Source of the DNA: Takakia lepidozioides
Lineage: Eukaryota > Plantae > Bryophyta
DNA length: 64,000 nucleotides
NCBI GenBank assembly: GCA_030704615.1
Contig: CM060733.1
Coordinates: forward strand, 12,586,001 to 12,650,000
Reading direction: 5' to 3'
Shown here: piece by piece, positions 25,368 through 38,934 of the stretch
Position numbering within the stretch: the first letter of the stretch is position 1
Layout: each line of letters starts with the position of its first letter
Made by a program: the position numbers and the translations under genes
Notes under the pieces: model-generated
The model's database searches: none
Told to the model about the DNA's origin: nothing
Seen by the model: the letters and a program-made list of their open reading frames with translations, nothing else

Positions 25368-28300
25368 GGAGCTATGCATGTCAACTAAGGAGGGTGGCCA
25401 AAGGCAGGGCTATACAACTTCAAAGGCGCTTCAGATCTTGGAACTCCATTATTTCTCTCGGTATCTTGGGGTGACCTTAAAGCAAGATTGATGTACATCT
25501 GAGCAAAGAGTGGCCCCTTTGGCCTTTTCATGTGCCAGTCTTTTGACAGCTTGCTAATATACTAATTGACTACATATCTTCTAGTTCTTGATAACTTTCT
25601 TCTGAATCCGAATGCAGTTCCTCGTTGTGTGCTGCTTGGGCAATATACCAGCTTACGCCGAAGAAAGTATTTCAGTTCAGATTCATGTGTGAGATGTGTT
25701 GGAGGGTAGTCCCATCATGTGTGCTTGCAAGTTCTGGTCATAGGTACGTTTTGTCCCCACAAAAAAGACTGCCCCATGATTTGATTTGCAGGTTCTGAAG
25801 AAGCCCATTGCCTACCTCATTATGGCAGCCATCTTTGCACCACACATTGGTACAGCTAACAGGCCGGTGACTAAGGCCCACCCCACACATTGTGTTTTGA
25901 AGGAGAGCAGGTATCATATGTGAGAGAGAATCTAATCGTGCCAGTCCCTGTGAACACAGCATTGACCTACGGAAAATTAACCCTCCCAGAGACTTTTGTG
26001 GGATTCCCACTGTGTTCGCAACCACCCGGGTTTAGCTTATCCGAGCTGCAGGTTTAAACGAATGTACGACAGAATACTCGATTTGTTGGCTCTCTTGTAG
26101 AGAGAGACTTTGCATCATGTTGAAGTCAATGGAGAAAATGTGGTCAAAGGACCTTACACTGTGTCAAAGGCACGGGTGACCGATTGGTGTGTTGTGCTGA
26201 GTCGTGCCCCTCTCTCACCTTCCTCTTATGTTTTGCCAAAGCAAGAGAGCCAATTGCCGTTTTAGGCTTGTTTTTTTTTGTTTTTGTTTTTGGAATTTGT
26301 TTTTGGAGGTAGAAAAAATGCGAAATTTCGCCAGAAATAAAAACACAACTTAATTTATTTACCCATAAGACCGGTCAGACTAATGTTTAGGAGATGCCAT
26401 AAAAGGAGATGGATCATTTTCATAATATGGACCATCTCTACATACATTCTCATCACATACATGTGGTAACATGCTATGTATGTAGTGCATGTCATGCATG
26501 CGGGCCATGCATGTATGCTGCCCTCCAGAAATGGATGTAAACATAGTCATGTCCAGGGATATTACTGGAAACTCTTTCATTAACTTGGCACTTGTCGGTG
26601 GTGCAAAATGGACCTTTTTCACGCATGTGCAAAACCTATTATAAGGTAGAGACCATACCTATTGTACGGTAAAGACTAGAGACCATACACAAGACTCTAG
26701 TTGAGACTTGGTCAGGGAGTACAAGAGACTTGTGGGGGGAGAGGTTCCGTGTGTGCAACTATGTATCGGTCTTCAGGATGGGTCCCTAGAGGAAAACGGA
26801 GGAATAAGACTTCCAATCAAAGGGTTGAGCTTACTCCTCCTCTTCCTCTTGCGACCCACACCGGGAAGAGATTGATCGCAGCCTTCTACTTTACTTGTCG
26901 GTTGTTTAACCCCTAATGGACGAGGCAGTTATTGGTGAGCCCCCTCCAAAACAGGACATACCCTCACGGATGAGGGTATATCTCTCACGAAAGTAACATC
27001 CACTGGGATGAACCGTATGAATTGGAGGCTACCTACTTCATCCAGCTTCTGTGAAAATTTCAGCTCATTTCACCGTGTATTTTGGAAGATTATAAGAAAT
27101 TTGCAAGCCCTAAATTTGGGGTACACTCCAAATTTGCAGTGGAAAAATGGTTTGACCAAGAAAGTGGATCGACAAAAAAAAAATTCCTCACAAGACCCCA
27201 TCCAGATTCCCATTATGTGGCACCTAAAGCATGTTGTGGCAAAATTCCAAAGCAGAATTCCCAAATTTTCACAAGGTTGCTTTGTAAGGGAAAACAGGGG
27301 GGTCAAACACACCATGAAGCTCAAATGACATGTAATTCAGGCTGAGGGGGTCCAAATTTCCTTGGAATCACAATTGTTGCAGTGAAAAGATCCCTTGAAT
27401 GATGAAGTACCACCTCCAAAAAGAATTTCAAAATTTCAGCAAAAATTGAATCACTGATTTGAATTTCTACTTCAATCCCAGCTCAGGCCAAATATTGCCT
27501 GAGCCGGTAGACATTTCTGGCTACAAAAAATGGGCTACGTCACCGATTTGCGACAAAATGTCGGGGGACCCCAAATGCGAAACCCTAAGAAGGGCTTGGG
27601 GACGCCCTCTGTTTCGGCGTTTCACCTGACAAGCATCTGAAAACTAACTACCAACTACCGACTACCAACTACCTGCTTTACCCCAGTGCAACGATACAAG
27701 TTCCCCGCACTAGAAGCATTCGTGTCATTTACCACTGGGTAACGACTCATTTTGAGTCGTAAAAGTCAAAAAAACCGGGATCGACTGGAAGTTACAAACG
27801 ACTAGTTACAACAGACGTGGAAGTTGGGTCGGACATCCAATGATTGGAGTGGTAAAGGACACAGACGCGCGAACAACTGCTCAGCGATTATTGCGATTAA
27901 TGCTTAAGAACCACGTGGCGTAACCAGGCGGGCCGCCCGTGTGTCTGACCTTTTGGGCTGACTTTGACTTTTCCCTCCGGATGAGTGGACTGACTCACCG
28001 AAGCGGGGTGACGCATGGACGCGGACGTGGACGACGATGTGGACGCCGACGTGGCAGCGCCACGGCGAGCAGCACTGCTGCCACGGGCCCGGGGCACCAC
28101 GTGGTAGTTGACCACATAACTTGCAGTGCTACATGCCCAGTGGCAATTGCGACTGCAGAAGTCGGCGCAACCACTGCTTTACTACTTTAAATGAAGTGCT
28201 CGAAATTACTTGAACAATAACTCATAGTGGTTCATGCTTTGAAGTTTTGGTGTTTGTAATGAGCCGACTAGTACATACGCATGTAATGCCATACAAGAGA

Positions 28301-28734
28301 ACTAATCATGTCATTAGAAATGCGAAAACAATGAAAGACATGCCATGAAACAAAACAAAATGAAAATGAAATGAAATGAAATAAATGGTACTTCATTACA
28401 CTACAAGAGATGAGCGTTTTTAGGACTACGGGTTTGGCGGAGTCATAAAAACTGCACTAAGTACATGACTACAGAGCGCTGAAATGCATTACAGTTTTAG
28501 TTTTATGACTTTGTAGTAATGGATATCACTACATGACTCCGGAAAGTTAGGGAACATTGGTCAAACATTGTTGACCATGATGACAGGGATGGTTTATATG
28601 ACTAGTGTGATATGTTTGACTACACGTGGACGACGTTTCATGGAATCTTATGACTCCATGACTGAAGATGGTTTCAGAGCTCTATTTATACGACTACATC
28701 ACTACACGTGTCATTTTGAAGGCACATATAATGC

Positions 28735-29685
28735 AAATAAGGTTGCCCATTAGGTTTAAAAAAGTTAAAAAAAATTTGCTAATAAGGTTGCCCATTAGTG
28801 TAATCGTGAACAGAAATGAGGGCTGGGACTTGGCATCTTTTTGTCTCCTGCGCCACACCACATAGCTGAGGGATAGAACGCGATGATAGCAGGATATGCA
28901 GGGGCGTGGGATGGAGGCGTTGAGCAAATGATGCACGAATGAGAAGAGGAGGAGGAGACGAGACGAGGACAAGCGAGCTCGCCGTTCTTGGGAGAGTCAG
29001 CTTGGTCTTAGCAAGCGTGTTTCAATCTCTGACTACTCATCTACGCCGTAGTGGTTCGATCTGACAGACCAATCCGACATTACCTGACTACAAACACAAG
29101 CAGCACACACAAGAGGTCATTGGTCAAATCCTCCATGGGTCAGGACAGGTCAAGGACAATGTGGTAGGGCACCTTTTTCTTCAACCTATTTCAGCCTGTG
29201 TTGCCCTCTCATCAGACTCGGCCGCAAGATGCATATTGAATTTTGTAAGTTAGGTCGTTGGGTACATCTGTGGTGGTTTGGAGTGACTTTGGCAAGTTAC
29301 TGCCAGTGTGGCAGTAGGGAAGTATCCAAAAACATATAATAGAGGTGAGGAGAAGCTTTGGAGTGAACACTTTCCGACCCCAATGGTGGGACAATGGAGA
29401 CAAAAAGGCGAATGCATGTTGGACTACAGAGAGAAGCAGATGCATTTCAGATTGTGATAAGTAGGGTTGGGGTGTTTTGGGGAAGAATTCCACACCAGTA
29501 TGGTTGGGGTGTTTGCTGGTAGAATTGTAGGCTGTCAGAGGCATGGATAGCTGAAGGAGCAGGGATAGAGTGTGGGTCCACATTCATCCAAGAGGGCTGG
29601 ATTTCAAGCTCCACATTACCTATGATTCCCTGTGGAAGGATAGGTACAAGAAACCTACATGGGTAGATGGTCAACTGGAAGCGGC
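28735..29685 (+). pseudogene. 5' part of the PDF-PPR gene carried inside the CACTA element
   Basis: 28735-29215 is an inverted homologue of 49225-49700. It continues with EKLWSEHF..QWWDNGDKK, an intron, then IHPRGLDFKLHITYDSLWKDRYKKPTWVDGQLEAA. Confidence 0.8.
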
Positions 29686-29819
29686 ATGCTGTACTATATG
29701 TCATTACTGTACTATATGTCATTCCAGAGACTGTCATTGTTGGTCCATGTGTTTTACAACAACGCTATCAATATAAGACTCCTGGTTCGCATTGGAAACT
29801 CAATCCCTGCAAGTTCATT

Positions 29820-30670
29820 GTGTGTGAAGCTCAAACTTGCGATTTGAAGGATCTTGTAGCCAAGTTCATTCAACCGGAAAGGAGAAATTCTGAAAGCTCC
29901 CAAATTTGATGTGGGCAAGCTTATGGAGGTAAGACTTAGCTTCCCTCCTCTAATGTAAGTGTTGGATAAGTTTCATTTAGTGTCGACCTTCACTGCATAT
30001 ATTGGCTCTTTTCTTGGCTGGTTTCATATTTTCTTGGCTGGTATGCTGTTGGTTGGCTTCTTTCATTTCACGTGTGTAGTGGAAGGGGAGAAGTACTTTC
30101 CTAAGTTCTGCTGCAACAATGTCTTTTTCCAGCCTAGATGTTTTCGATGGATACAAATTGAAGTGCTTTGAATGTTGCTACAATACTATAATAAAGTGGA
30201 GGGTGCTGAATGCAGTTGGCCTTGCTTCGTGCAGGCATAATCCAGGGAAATGTGGACATAGCTGAAACCCCATGATAGCATTTCCAGAGGATGGTGTGGA
30301 TGGCCTCACAATCCAGCATGCAAAATCCATGACAATGTGGAGCTGGCTGAATGGGCAAACATGTTAAGTGGCGAACAAGCCACGTCACTGGTACATAGTT
30401 GCATGCTTACATAGTACATGAAAGCATACTATATGTCATTCCCGAAATTGACCATGTTGGTCCATGTATTTTACAACAATGCTATCAATAAAAGACCAAT
30501 GGTTCGCATTGGAAACTCTATCCCCGTAAGTGGCTTGTGCGTGATGCTCAAACTTGTGATTTGAAGGATCTTATACCCCAGTTTATTGCAGAGGTCATTG
30601 GAAAAGACATTGAGAAGGCAACAGCCGTTATCTATAATCTACAGATCCCCTTCAATTTGATGTGGGAAAG
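29820..30670 (+). pseudogene. RPS3A: Two captured fragments of 40S ribosomal protein S3a (eS1) C-terminus (29820-29928, 30540-30670)
   Basis: EAQTCDLKDLVAKFI..ILKAPKFDVGKLME|gtaag and DAQTCDLKDLIPQFIAEVIGKDIEKATAVIY match eS1 CDLKDLVxKFIPExIGxEIEKAT and KILKAPKFDLGKLME. Confidence 0.8.
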
Positions 30671-31037
30671 CCGGCTGGCTGGAGGTCTAGTCTCACTTTC
30701 ACTCATCTAATGTCAGTGTTGTATCCATTGTAATGTGGAGATGTTTGAAACAACATTGGAGCATTTCCAGAGGATGGTCTAGATGGCCTTTCGTGGCGTG
30801 TGCCGAATCCATGGCAAGAAAACATTGCAGGCAGAACCCATGGCAATGGTACCAGCACGGGTTGGTCCAAAGCCAATTGCAACAACAAATGAATAAAGGT
30901 GCTGAAAGGAAAGCACTCCATAATTGATCATAAAATCCAGTGTCCAAGCATGATATCTTAATGGGAATGCGAAGGGAGTGTTACCACCTTAAACTATCAT
31001 GCATGGTCTATAACTGGAGTGCACAAATTGCGCATAT

Positions 31038-34000
31038 CTAATCTTCATCATCCTCATCTATGTCTGGGTCACTACATGTATCACTGTCTTCATCACAGAC
31101 TTCATCTTCTCCAAGGGTTGGCTGAACATCATCACCACGTATACGGGGTGCTCGGAGGTACAAGGAGGCCACCTGCTCTGGAGTAACCGGTACCGCTCGG
31201 CTGCATGTTGGGCCATCAGTAACCACAGTCTCCTCTAGTCTTTGTGGGGCTAACAATCCTTCCACTTCCGCCACATCATCATTATCAATTGATATGTCGC
31301 AGACCACTCTACGTGCTCGGGGGCTCTTCTCCAGGACGACTTTCCACCCCGGCTCCTTCACACAATCAGAAAAAAACACTTGATCAACCTGGCCAGGAAA
31401 CACAAAAGGTTGCTCAGAAGGTGGAAGCATACGGTTAAAATTGACAAGTGTGAAGCCAGCATCATCCTGCTTCATTGACATAGGTTGACGACCCACGCGA
31501 CTCGCTCGTACCCACGAACACAAAAACACTATAGGCTGTATTTGGTCATAGTCAATTTGTAAAATCTCCCTTATAAGACCCACATATCTTGTAGGTTCCT
31601 CCATGTCATTGCCTGAATTGTTGGTAATGGGCTGGTGCTGGAAAACAGATGAGACTCCACAATCAAAAGATACCATACTTGTTGTGTTCATGCCGGGGGA
31701 TGTAACCCTGTAATGGTTACCATACGCTGTCATACTCTTGAATGACAGGGCCGTAAATGATGGAGGTCTTGAAAGATCCAGTAATTCCTCACGTGGTGTA
31801 GGATCAAGCCCATCTGATTGAATTGAGAGATGATCCCGTACACCTTGAGGGAGCCAAACAGCAAATGGAGGACAAGGATGCAAATCAGGAGGGTACTGAA
31901 TTGCCGTGGGATTGCTCATGTCTTCCAGCCCTTGCTCCTCACGAAACAAGCGTCGTCTGGCTTCTATCCGTGTGGACTCTACTTCATATATCCTGTCACA
32001 ATCCGAGGGTCAGCCAGGAGATTGACAGAGGTGGCGTGGGAGATTTGAAAAGATGCCATATGCCAACTAATGATAAATGACTAAAACTTGGAAATCTGAA
32101 TGTCAATCAAGTAGATTTCTTACCCCAACATGACTGATAGACGAGGATGGTTCTGAATGATGTACTCATGTACAATATCACACAGGTCATTCAATTTTCG
32201 GGCTTTAGAACTTCCTTCCACAACTTCACGTTCCACAGATTCTGCCTCATCTGCATCCCACACCCTTCGTACACTTCCATCAAATCCTACCATATACTCT
32301 GTGCAAAAACCCAATGCTTCTTCAAATTGGTATCCTTCTGCCATGCTCCCCTCGGGCCTTGCCATGTTTCTTACGTAGCCTTTCATATCTTTCATTGCCC
32401 GCTCCATGGGGTACATCCAACGAGATGCTACGGGCCCGCATAAGTACAACTCATCCACTAGGTGAACAACTAGATGTGTCATCACATCAAAAAATGATGG
32501 TGGGAACTCCTTCTCTATAAGACACAGAGTGAGAACTGCTTCAGTTCTCAATTCCTCATACTCTACAAGATTCACCACTTTTGCACACAACTTCTTAAAT
32601 ACACGACATACTCGCCCTTCGAGGACCACTTGGCATGAGCCCACGGATAGCTGACGCAATGCATTGCGAGAAGAACTTGGTTGAAAATATTATTAAAACT
32701 ATCTTTGGTGAGAAAGACACATTGAAAGTTCGCCGTGATTTGGAGCTACTTGGGATGCGCCCGGAATTGTGGCTACAACGTAATCCTGACAGAGCAGATA
32801 CGTTAATTATGCCTCCTGCCCCTTATGTCCTCACTGAGGCTGAGTTACAAGTCTTTCTGGAGATTGTGCAGAACTTGAAAGTGCCAACAGGCTACGCATT
32901 AGCTTTCAAAAAGCATGTGGTGAAGAAGAAGTTGTCAGGCATGAAATCACATGACTATCATGTGCTCATGCAGCAAATTATAGGAGACCCTACAAAATGA
33001 ACACATAAGCAATTGAGCATTTACTCATCACAATTTAAACAGAAAACGCAAAAATGTACACAGCCAATTTAAAGGCCATGAAGGAATTACCTCCCAATAA
33101 GGTAAGACATATAAAATTGACAATCGCTTAACTCCATGAGTTTTTGCTGGGTCTGTCCTGCTATCTGGCGTCCCTCCGTTTTCCACCCATGCAGTGCGAG
33201 CTGTTGCAAGGTCCTTGATTTGTGTTCCAGTCTGCGTTTTTGGAGGAGTTCCATGCTCAGTAGCGCCATTGAACATTCTTGACCTTCTATATGGATGATT
33301 GCGGGCCAAAAATCTTCGGTGGCCTAGGAAAACAATTTTTCCACATGTGTGTAACTGCTGTGAAGTCACCCCGGGTCCACAAGCTGGACAACCAGCATAA
33401 CCTTTCGTCACTTGACCTGAGAGCAAGCCATATGCAGGGTAGTCATGGATTGACCACATCAACACTGCCCTCAGTGTGAATTCGCGTTGACCACGAGGAC
33501 GGGAAACATCATGAGCTGCAATCCCTCTCCATAGTTCCAATAGCTCTTCCACTAGGGGCATCAGATAAACATCTACGTTGTCCGAGGTAACAGACTCCTT
33601 ACCAGGAATCAGTAGCGCTAACATGACAAAGAACTTTTTGGTCATTAACCACGGAGGCAGATTGTAATTGACCAAGAGAACGGGCCATGTGCTCCAACTT
33701 GTGGATTGAGCTCCGTAGGGATTTACACCGTCTAAGGCCAATCCAAATCACAGAGATCGTGGCTCTGCAGCAAAATCCGCAAATGTGGTGTCAATGTGTC
33801 TCCATGCTTTGCTATCAGCTAGATGTCGAACCAACCCATCCTGGCTCTTATGTCTGTCGTGCCATGTCATGAGGTTAGCGATCGATTTACATCGGTACAT
33901 ACGTTTCAACCTTGGAATGACAGGGAAGTGTCGCAATACTTTCTTGGGCACACTTCCACGACCTGGAATGTAACGGGAATTGCGGCACACTGGGCAAATG

Positions 34001-35201
34001 TCTACATTCTCATACTCCCCACGGAAGAGTACACAACCGCGCTCACAGGCATGAATCATCGTGTACTGCAATCCCATCTTGGCAATCATGGTTTTTGCTT
34101 CATAGTGAGTTTTCGGCAATGAATTCTCTTTAGGCAAAAAAAACTCTTACGCAACAATCCCAGAAGCTCATCCACAAATGCATTGGTGCACTTGTGGGTA
34201 GTGCATGCGTTCAGCAACGTCAAAGTTGCTTGCAGCCGGCTGATGGAGCACCCTTCAAAAAGTGGACATTGCGACGCTCGGAAGAGTTTATCATACTCGG
34301 GATCAACGTGCAGGTGAGCATTCTCATCAAATTCATTGTCTCTGGAATCGTCGAGATCATCGTCATGATCGGCAAATGTGTGATCGGTTCCACCATGAAT
34401 GGGGTCCTCTCTATTTGCATCTGCAAAGAGAAACGCTTCCTGCAATGCACGCTGCATTTCTACCTCCAATCCACCACTCTCATCTGCGTTCTTTGTGACA
34501 TTGGGCTCCCGCTGTGCCGCAGGGCCTTCGTCTTCATCATCTGAATATTCACATCCCTGCATCCCAATAGTCATCTTGTGAGTGGACCAACAACGATGTG
34601 ACACTTGTTCATATTATGACATAGGAGGCACGGTGACGTTGCAGTGATGCAGTCATATTTACGTATGTATCTTATGAATATCACCAATCAAAACACGACA
34701 TTTGTAACCATTGAAGTCATAGTTGCAGTCACTTACTTAGTCATATATGACTACATGACTACACATGATCAATGAAAACACGACATGTGCATTAATAAAG
34801 TGATAACGGAAGTGGCATAGTCATACTCACGTCTGTATCTTATGACTTCTTGACTACAATCACCCAACGAAATGTCGACATGTGGAGAAGAGAGGATCGT
34901 TGCATTCAAAATTCAAACTAAAGTGCTGAAGGGAAAGTGACGATCTTACCGGAAGAGAACAGCGTTGGAGAAGAGGATCCCTCCCGTGTATCATGTAATG
35001 ATTCCTCACTGTTTCCAACAAGAGTACTTTTCCTCCATGACACTCATCGCAGTTGCATAGCATTTTTGTATGCCCATTCCTTGTGGCATAAGCTTCTTCC
35101 ATTCGCCATAGACGGTCATCTATTCTACGCCTACACATCCGTTCGCCACCTGCACTGTACATGCTTTGAACGTCACCCTTCCCTCTTTGCATGCTACGCA
35201 C
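31038..35201 (-). pseudogene. CACTA TnpD transposase (transposase-associated, Transposase_21, DUF4218 and DUF4216 regions), frameshifted with an internal inversion
   Basis: LALDGVNPYG..STWPVLLVNYNLPPW, IHDYPAYGLLSG, FPPSFFDVMTHLVVHLVDE..GPVASRWMYPMER and EQPFVFPGQVDQVFF. Confidence 0.92.
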
Positions 35202-35702
35202 ACTGCATTGTCTCTAGTTTTGCACCAGCTGCCAATGTGCTATTTCTATATCTATAGTATACTATAAGTATCGTTTCTGAGTGTCCATGGTGAAGCGGAA
35301 GGTCTTCGAAGTGACAGTCCCTCTCACTGAGTACGAGAAGTTCCGAGAGCGCGGATTGCTGCCATAAAGGAGGTGGAAGCAACGTTCAAGCAGTCGATAG
35401 ATGGGTGAGTTTAGTTCCTGACTTTGGATACCCACCCACTAAACTTGCGATTTGCCTTATCCTCTAACCTTCCTACAGCGATCATAAGCTTCATAGCATA
35501 AATGGGGGCGAGTAGCTGCGACTTGTACAAACAAAGAGGCAAACAACATGCAGTGAGTGGCGATTAGGTTGAGGAGGGTGTGTCATTAGGCGGGAGATGT
35601 CCGCCGTCATTCGTGGGCAGGCATTACGTCCTGGTAGGGTGCGGCTGTGGTTCAGCGTAGGCTTAAGAGTATTGAGGTATGTATGCTTACATTTGTTTGT
35701 GA

Positions 35703-38700
35703 TTGTTTGAGAGGGAGGTCATGGAGGTGTTTGTGCAGGCTTGCGGGAGCGAATCGCCCTCGCAAGCCACGCGCTCCGAAGGAAAAGGTAGGGATCAAGG
35801 TCCTGCAAGGCAAAGTGCCAGACTGAAGACGATGAAGACTACGATTCTGCATGAGGGCTCTTCTGAGGACAATGAGGACGATCCACTCCTCCCACGCCAG
35901 TGCGAGGCGAGTGCGTCGTCGGCGGATGCCACGGCAAGCCGAGGAGAACATGCCCATGCTCATGTCACAGGACAAAAACGCCCATCATCTACACTACGAA
36001 CACCTTCTCCGTCTGTGAGTTATAGTTCTTCACAATGACCATGATTCTAATTATGTATGTTTTTGGTAAAATCACGAAGAGATAGGGTATGTCTGTCAAG
36101 ACAGGGAAGTTGGACAATGCAGGGGTCAGCCAAGGCACAATCACAAATGATTTCCACTAGACAAGTTGAAGTGCCAAAGGCATGATGTCAAGCCAATGTA
36201 GACTTCAGGTGTGTTCAAATTCTTTGCCCCATGAAACCAACGTCCTGGTACTAAGCTACAATGGCTACTTATAGAGATACTTGGGTTACTTATGCACCCA
36301 GAATATCAGTAAAACTTGGAGGGATACTTCTCATGGACCCATCAGGTTTGTCCATTTGAATTCTTGCTATGGATTTCAGGAACACCCCATACCTAAGAGG
36401 GCTCAAAAATGTACTGGGAGGACATCATTGGGCCAATCAAATTTGGGAGATTTACTGCCCAAGATCATACTGAGTTTTGGGTAATCTTGTCTTTACAAAT
36501 GATATGTGCTTCCAGTTTGTTTTGCCTGAATTCAAGGATTGCTGCTTGCTGCCTATATGTATGTGTAATCACCCACATTGTACTGGGGGAATTTCTTTTC
36601 AGGGCAAGCACAAGCGCACTGGATCCACGATCCCTGCTGTTAGCAATGGAGATGGCGCCCACAAGAACGCAGGAGGTGGCCCTAACTCTCCCAACGTTGT
36701 GGGTTTGTGCCACCAGTACCCCACCTCCACTTATTATGGTATGCCTCAGTACCCACAGTCTGGCACTCAGTATGGTCAGGGTCAATATGGTGCTCCTCCA
36801 TATGGGCAGTATGGCCAGTATCCTCCTCCACCATATTTGCCACCCCCTAATAGCTATGGGGGTGGCAGGCCCCGGAATATCCTCCTACTTATGGACAGTA
36901 TGGCCAGTATGGTCCTCGGCCTTCTGGCCAACAGCCATGGCCACCAGTCCCTACTTGCAGGATCCTGCTTTGAATTCTCCTGAGCGCACGGAGGTCTCTG
37001 AAGGAGGGAGGGTGCCGTTTTAAAGAATGATAGAACAATGCTTTAAGGAGGGCTAATAGCTCAGCCAAAATTGAAGCTGCCAGGTCAAGGAAGAGAGAAT
37101 AGCTGCAGGTCTCCTCCCACGGTGATTTCGACAAACCTCAAAGGGCCCCGTATGGTCAGACCCGGAATGTATGGCACGCTGCCCTTAAAGGACAGGCTTA
37201 TCGCAAGCTAGATTGTTCCCTTGCCATCAACAACCAACCTGATGAAGTTGTATATGAAATCAGAGATCACTGGCTAAGCTATTTTCATATACGCCGCACG
37301 AGTTAAAAGACTTTCACCTAAAACAAACAATTGGCAGAATAATGAAGAGCCAGCGTTATGAAGCACACACTGCGTGGTTGGGTGGTAAGGGGAAACCCAT
37401 TACTGTATCTGACGAGGTATGGAACAAGCTTGTAAGTTACTGGCAGACAAAGGTGTTCCACAAAGTGTCGGGCAACATGAAGAAGGCAAATGGTGCAATT
37501 ATGAATCCTACCAAGACTGGCCGTGGTGGGAAGGCAATGGTGGAAGCACGATTGGTAAGTGGCATCATCACGACTCTGTATTTTGTTCCTCATTGAATTG
37601 CTATGTGTATATAGTCAGCCCTCACATTGCTTACTGACTTGTGGCATGGGTTTGTTTGTGGCATGGATTAATTTGTAGGAAACACTATCAGGGTGCCCTC
37701 CTACATTATATGAAATTCAAGAGGGTTCAGTGTCACGGTTGTCAGCTGGGAGTGACAGGCGGATAAGTGTGTTTTCCACTTTTGCTAGAGTGGTTGCTGC
37801 ATCATAGGTTGCTAGGGTGGTGGACTATATTTTTGCAGCCCACACTAACCTGGTTTTCCAGTGGGATGCCCTTCACTGTGACGAGGATCCAGTCCTCCCA
37901 TGCCGTAAGGGGTCTGATTCAAAGCCATTATATTTCAAGAACTTGTCTATAGTGTGGGCAGACTGGCCAGAATGGACTTATGAGGACACTGTTCTTGTTG
38001 ACGACACACCAAGAAAGGCGGCAAACAATCCTCCCTTCAGTGGGATTTTTCCAGAGCCATGGAAGGTGCAACCAGATTCACCAACTGATGAGTATCTAAC
38101 AGAGGTGTTGTGGCCTTTCTTGTGGAAGGCATCGAAAGCTGCCAGTATTCCCAAGTTTTTGGAGTCTCAGCCTGTTTTCGGACAACAACCATACAACACT
38201 GCTACTGTGAAGGTACAAACATTCTGACAGTGCTCCAGAGGCTACATTTTTGTGGGTTCATTCATTGCATTGCTTTCCTGGATGCTTCTCCTCGGTTGCT
38301 TGATTAATGCTAGGTTTTTTTTGCAGCTTTTCATGTTGGCTTTTTTTGTTTGATTCATACTTGGATTTGTTTCTATTCACTATTCCTGTTTGCTCATTGC
38401 TTTCCTGGTTGATCTCTGGTCTGTGACACAGGAACTTGTGACAAACAAAGGTGATATTGTCGACAAGCCGGTACAGACGAGGGGCAAGAGTGTCGACCCG
38501 GCGAGTAGCCCCCCAAAAGAGGTCTCACCACCACTGGAGACTGCAAATGGAGTAAGTCCAGGTCGTTGTCTTGTCTGTTATATTTTTCCAACCTTGGGGC
38601 TCTCTTTAACTCAATGTTGAGTGTCCTAGTCGTGTGTATGTCATGGGTTTCACATCGTGTTCTTTTTTGTGTGGAGTTGGGATCACAGTTCAGGGTGGGT

Positions 38701-38934
38701 GACGAGGTTCGGCTGTTGGATGTGAACTCCAAACGCAAGAAATGTGGAGTAGGGCTGATTGTTGCTCTTCAAGGTGTTGTGGTGGGTTACGGGTACCCTG
38801 CTGTGCCCCTTGATTATGCCTGTGTGTACATCAAAGAGGCATGTGTCAGTAACACCCCTCTACCATATGTGAATGGTGTTAGGAAACAGACCGAGTTGGG
38901 GCAGGTGGTTGGCCAGACACACTTTGGAGTCTAA
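35703..38934 (+). pseudogene. CACTA TnpA-like multi-exon gene, divergent from TnpD
   Basis: KPITVSDEVWNKLVSYWQ..SGNMKKAN..GRGG (Transposase_24-like) at 37342-37553. FRVGDEVRLLD..VPLDYACVYIKEACVSNTPLPY (Transposase_23-like) at 38690-38930. Stops and frameshifts are present. Confidence 0.6.
37817..38227 (+). pseudogene. FCP1/NIF (HAD-superfamily CTD phosphatase-like) domain, C-terminal half, inside CACTA
   Basis: LVFQWD..HC..KPLYFKNLSIVW..EDTVLVDDTPRKAANNPPFSGIFPEPW matches the NIF-domain pattern F.WD..C..KP.F.KxL..W..NTLLxDDSPxKA..NP..AIFP. Confidence 0.7.
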
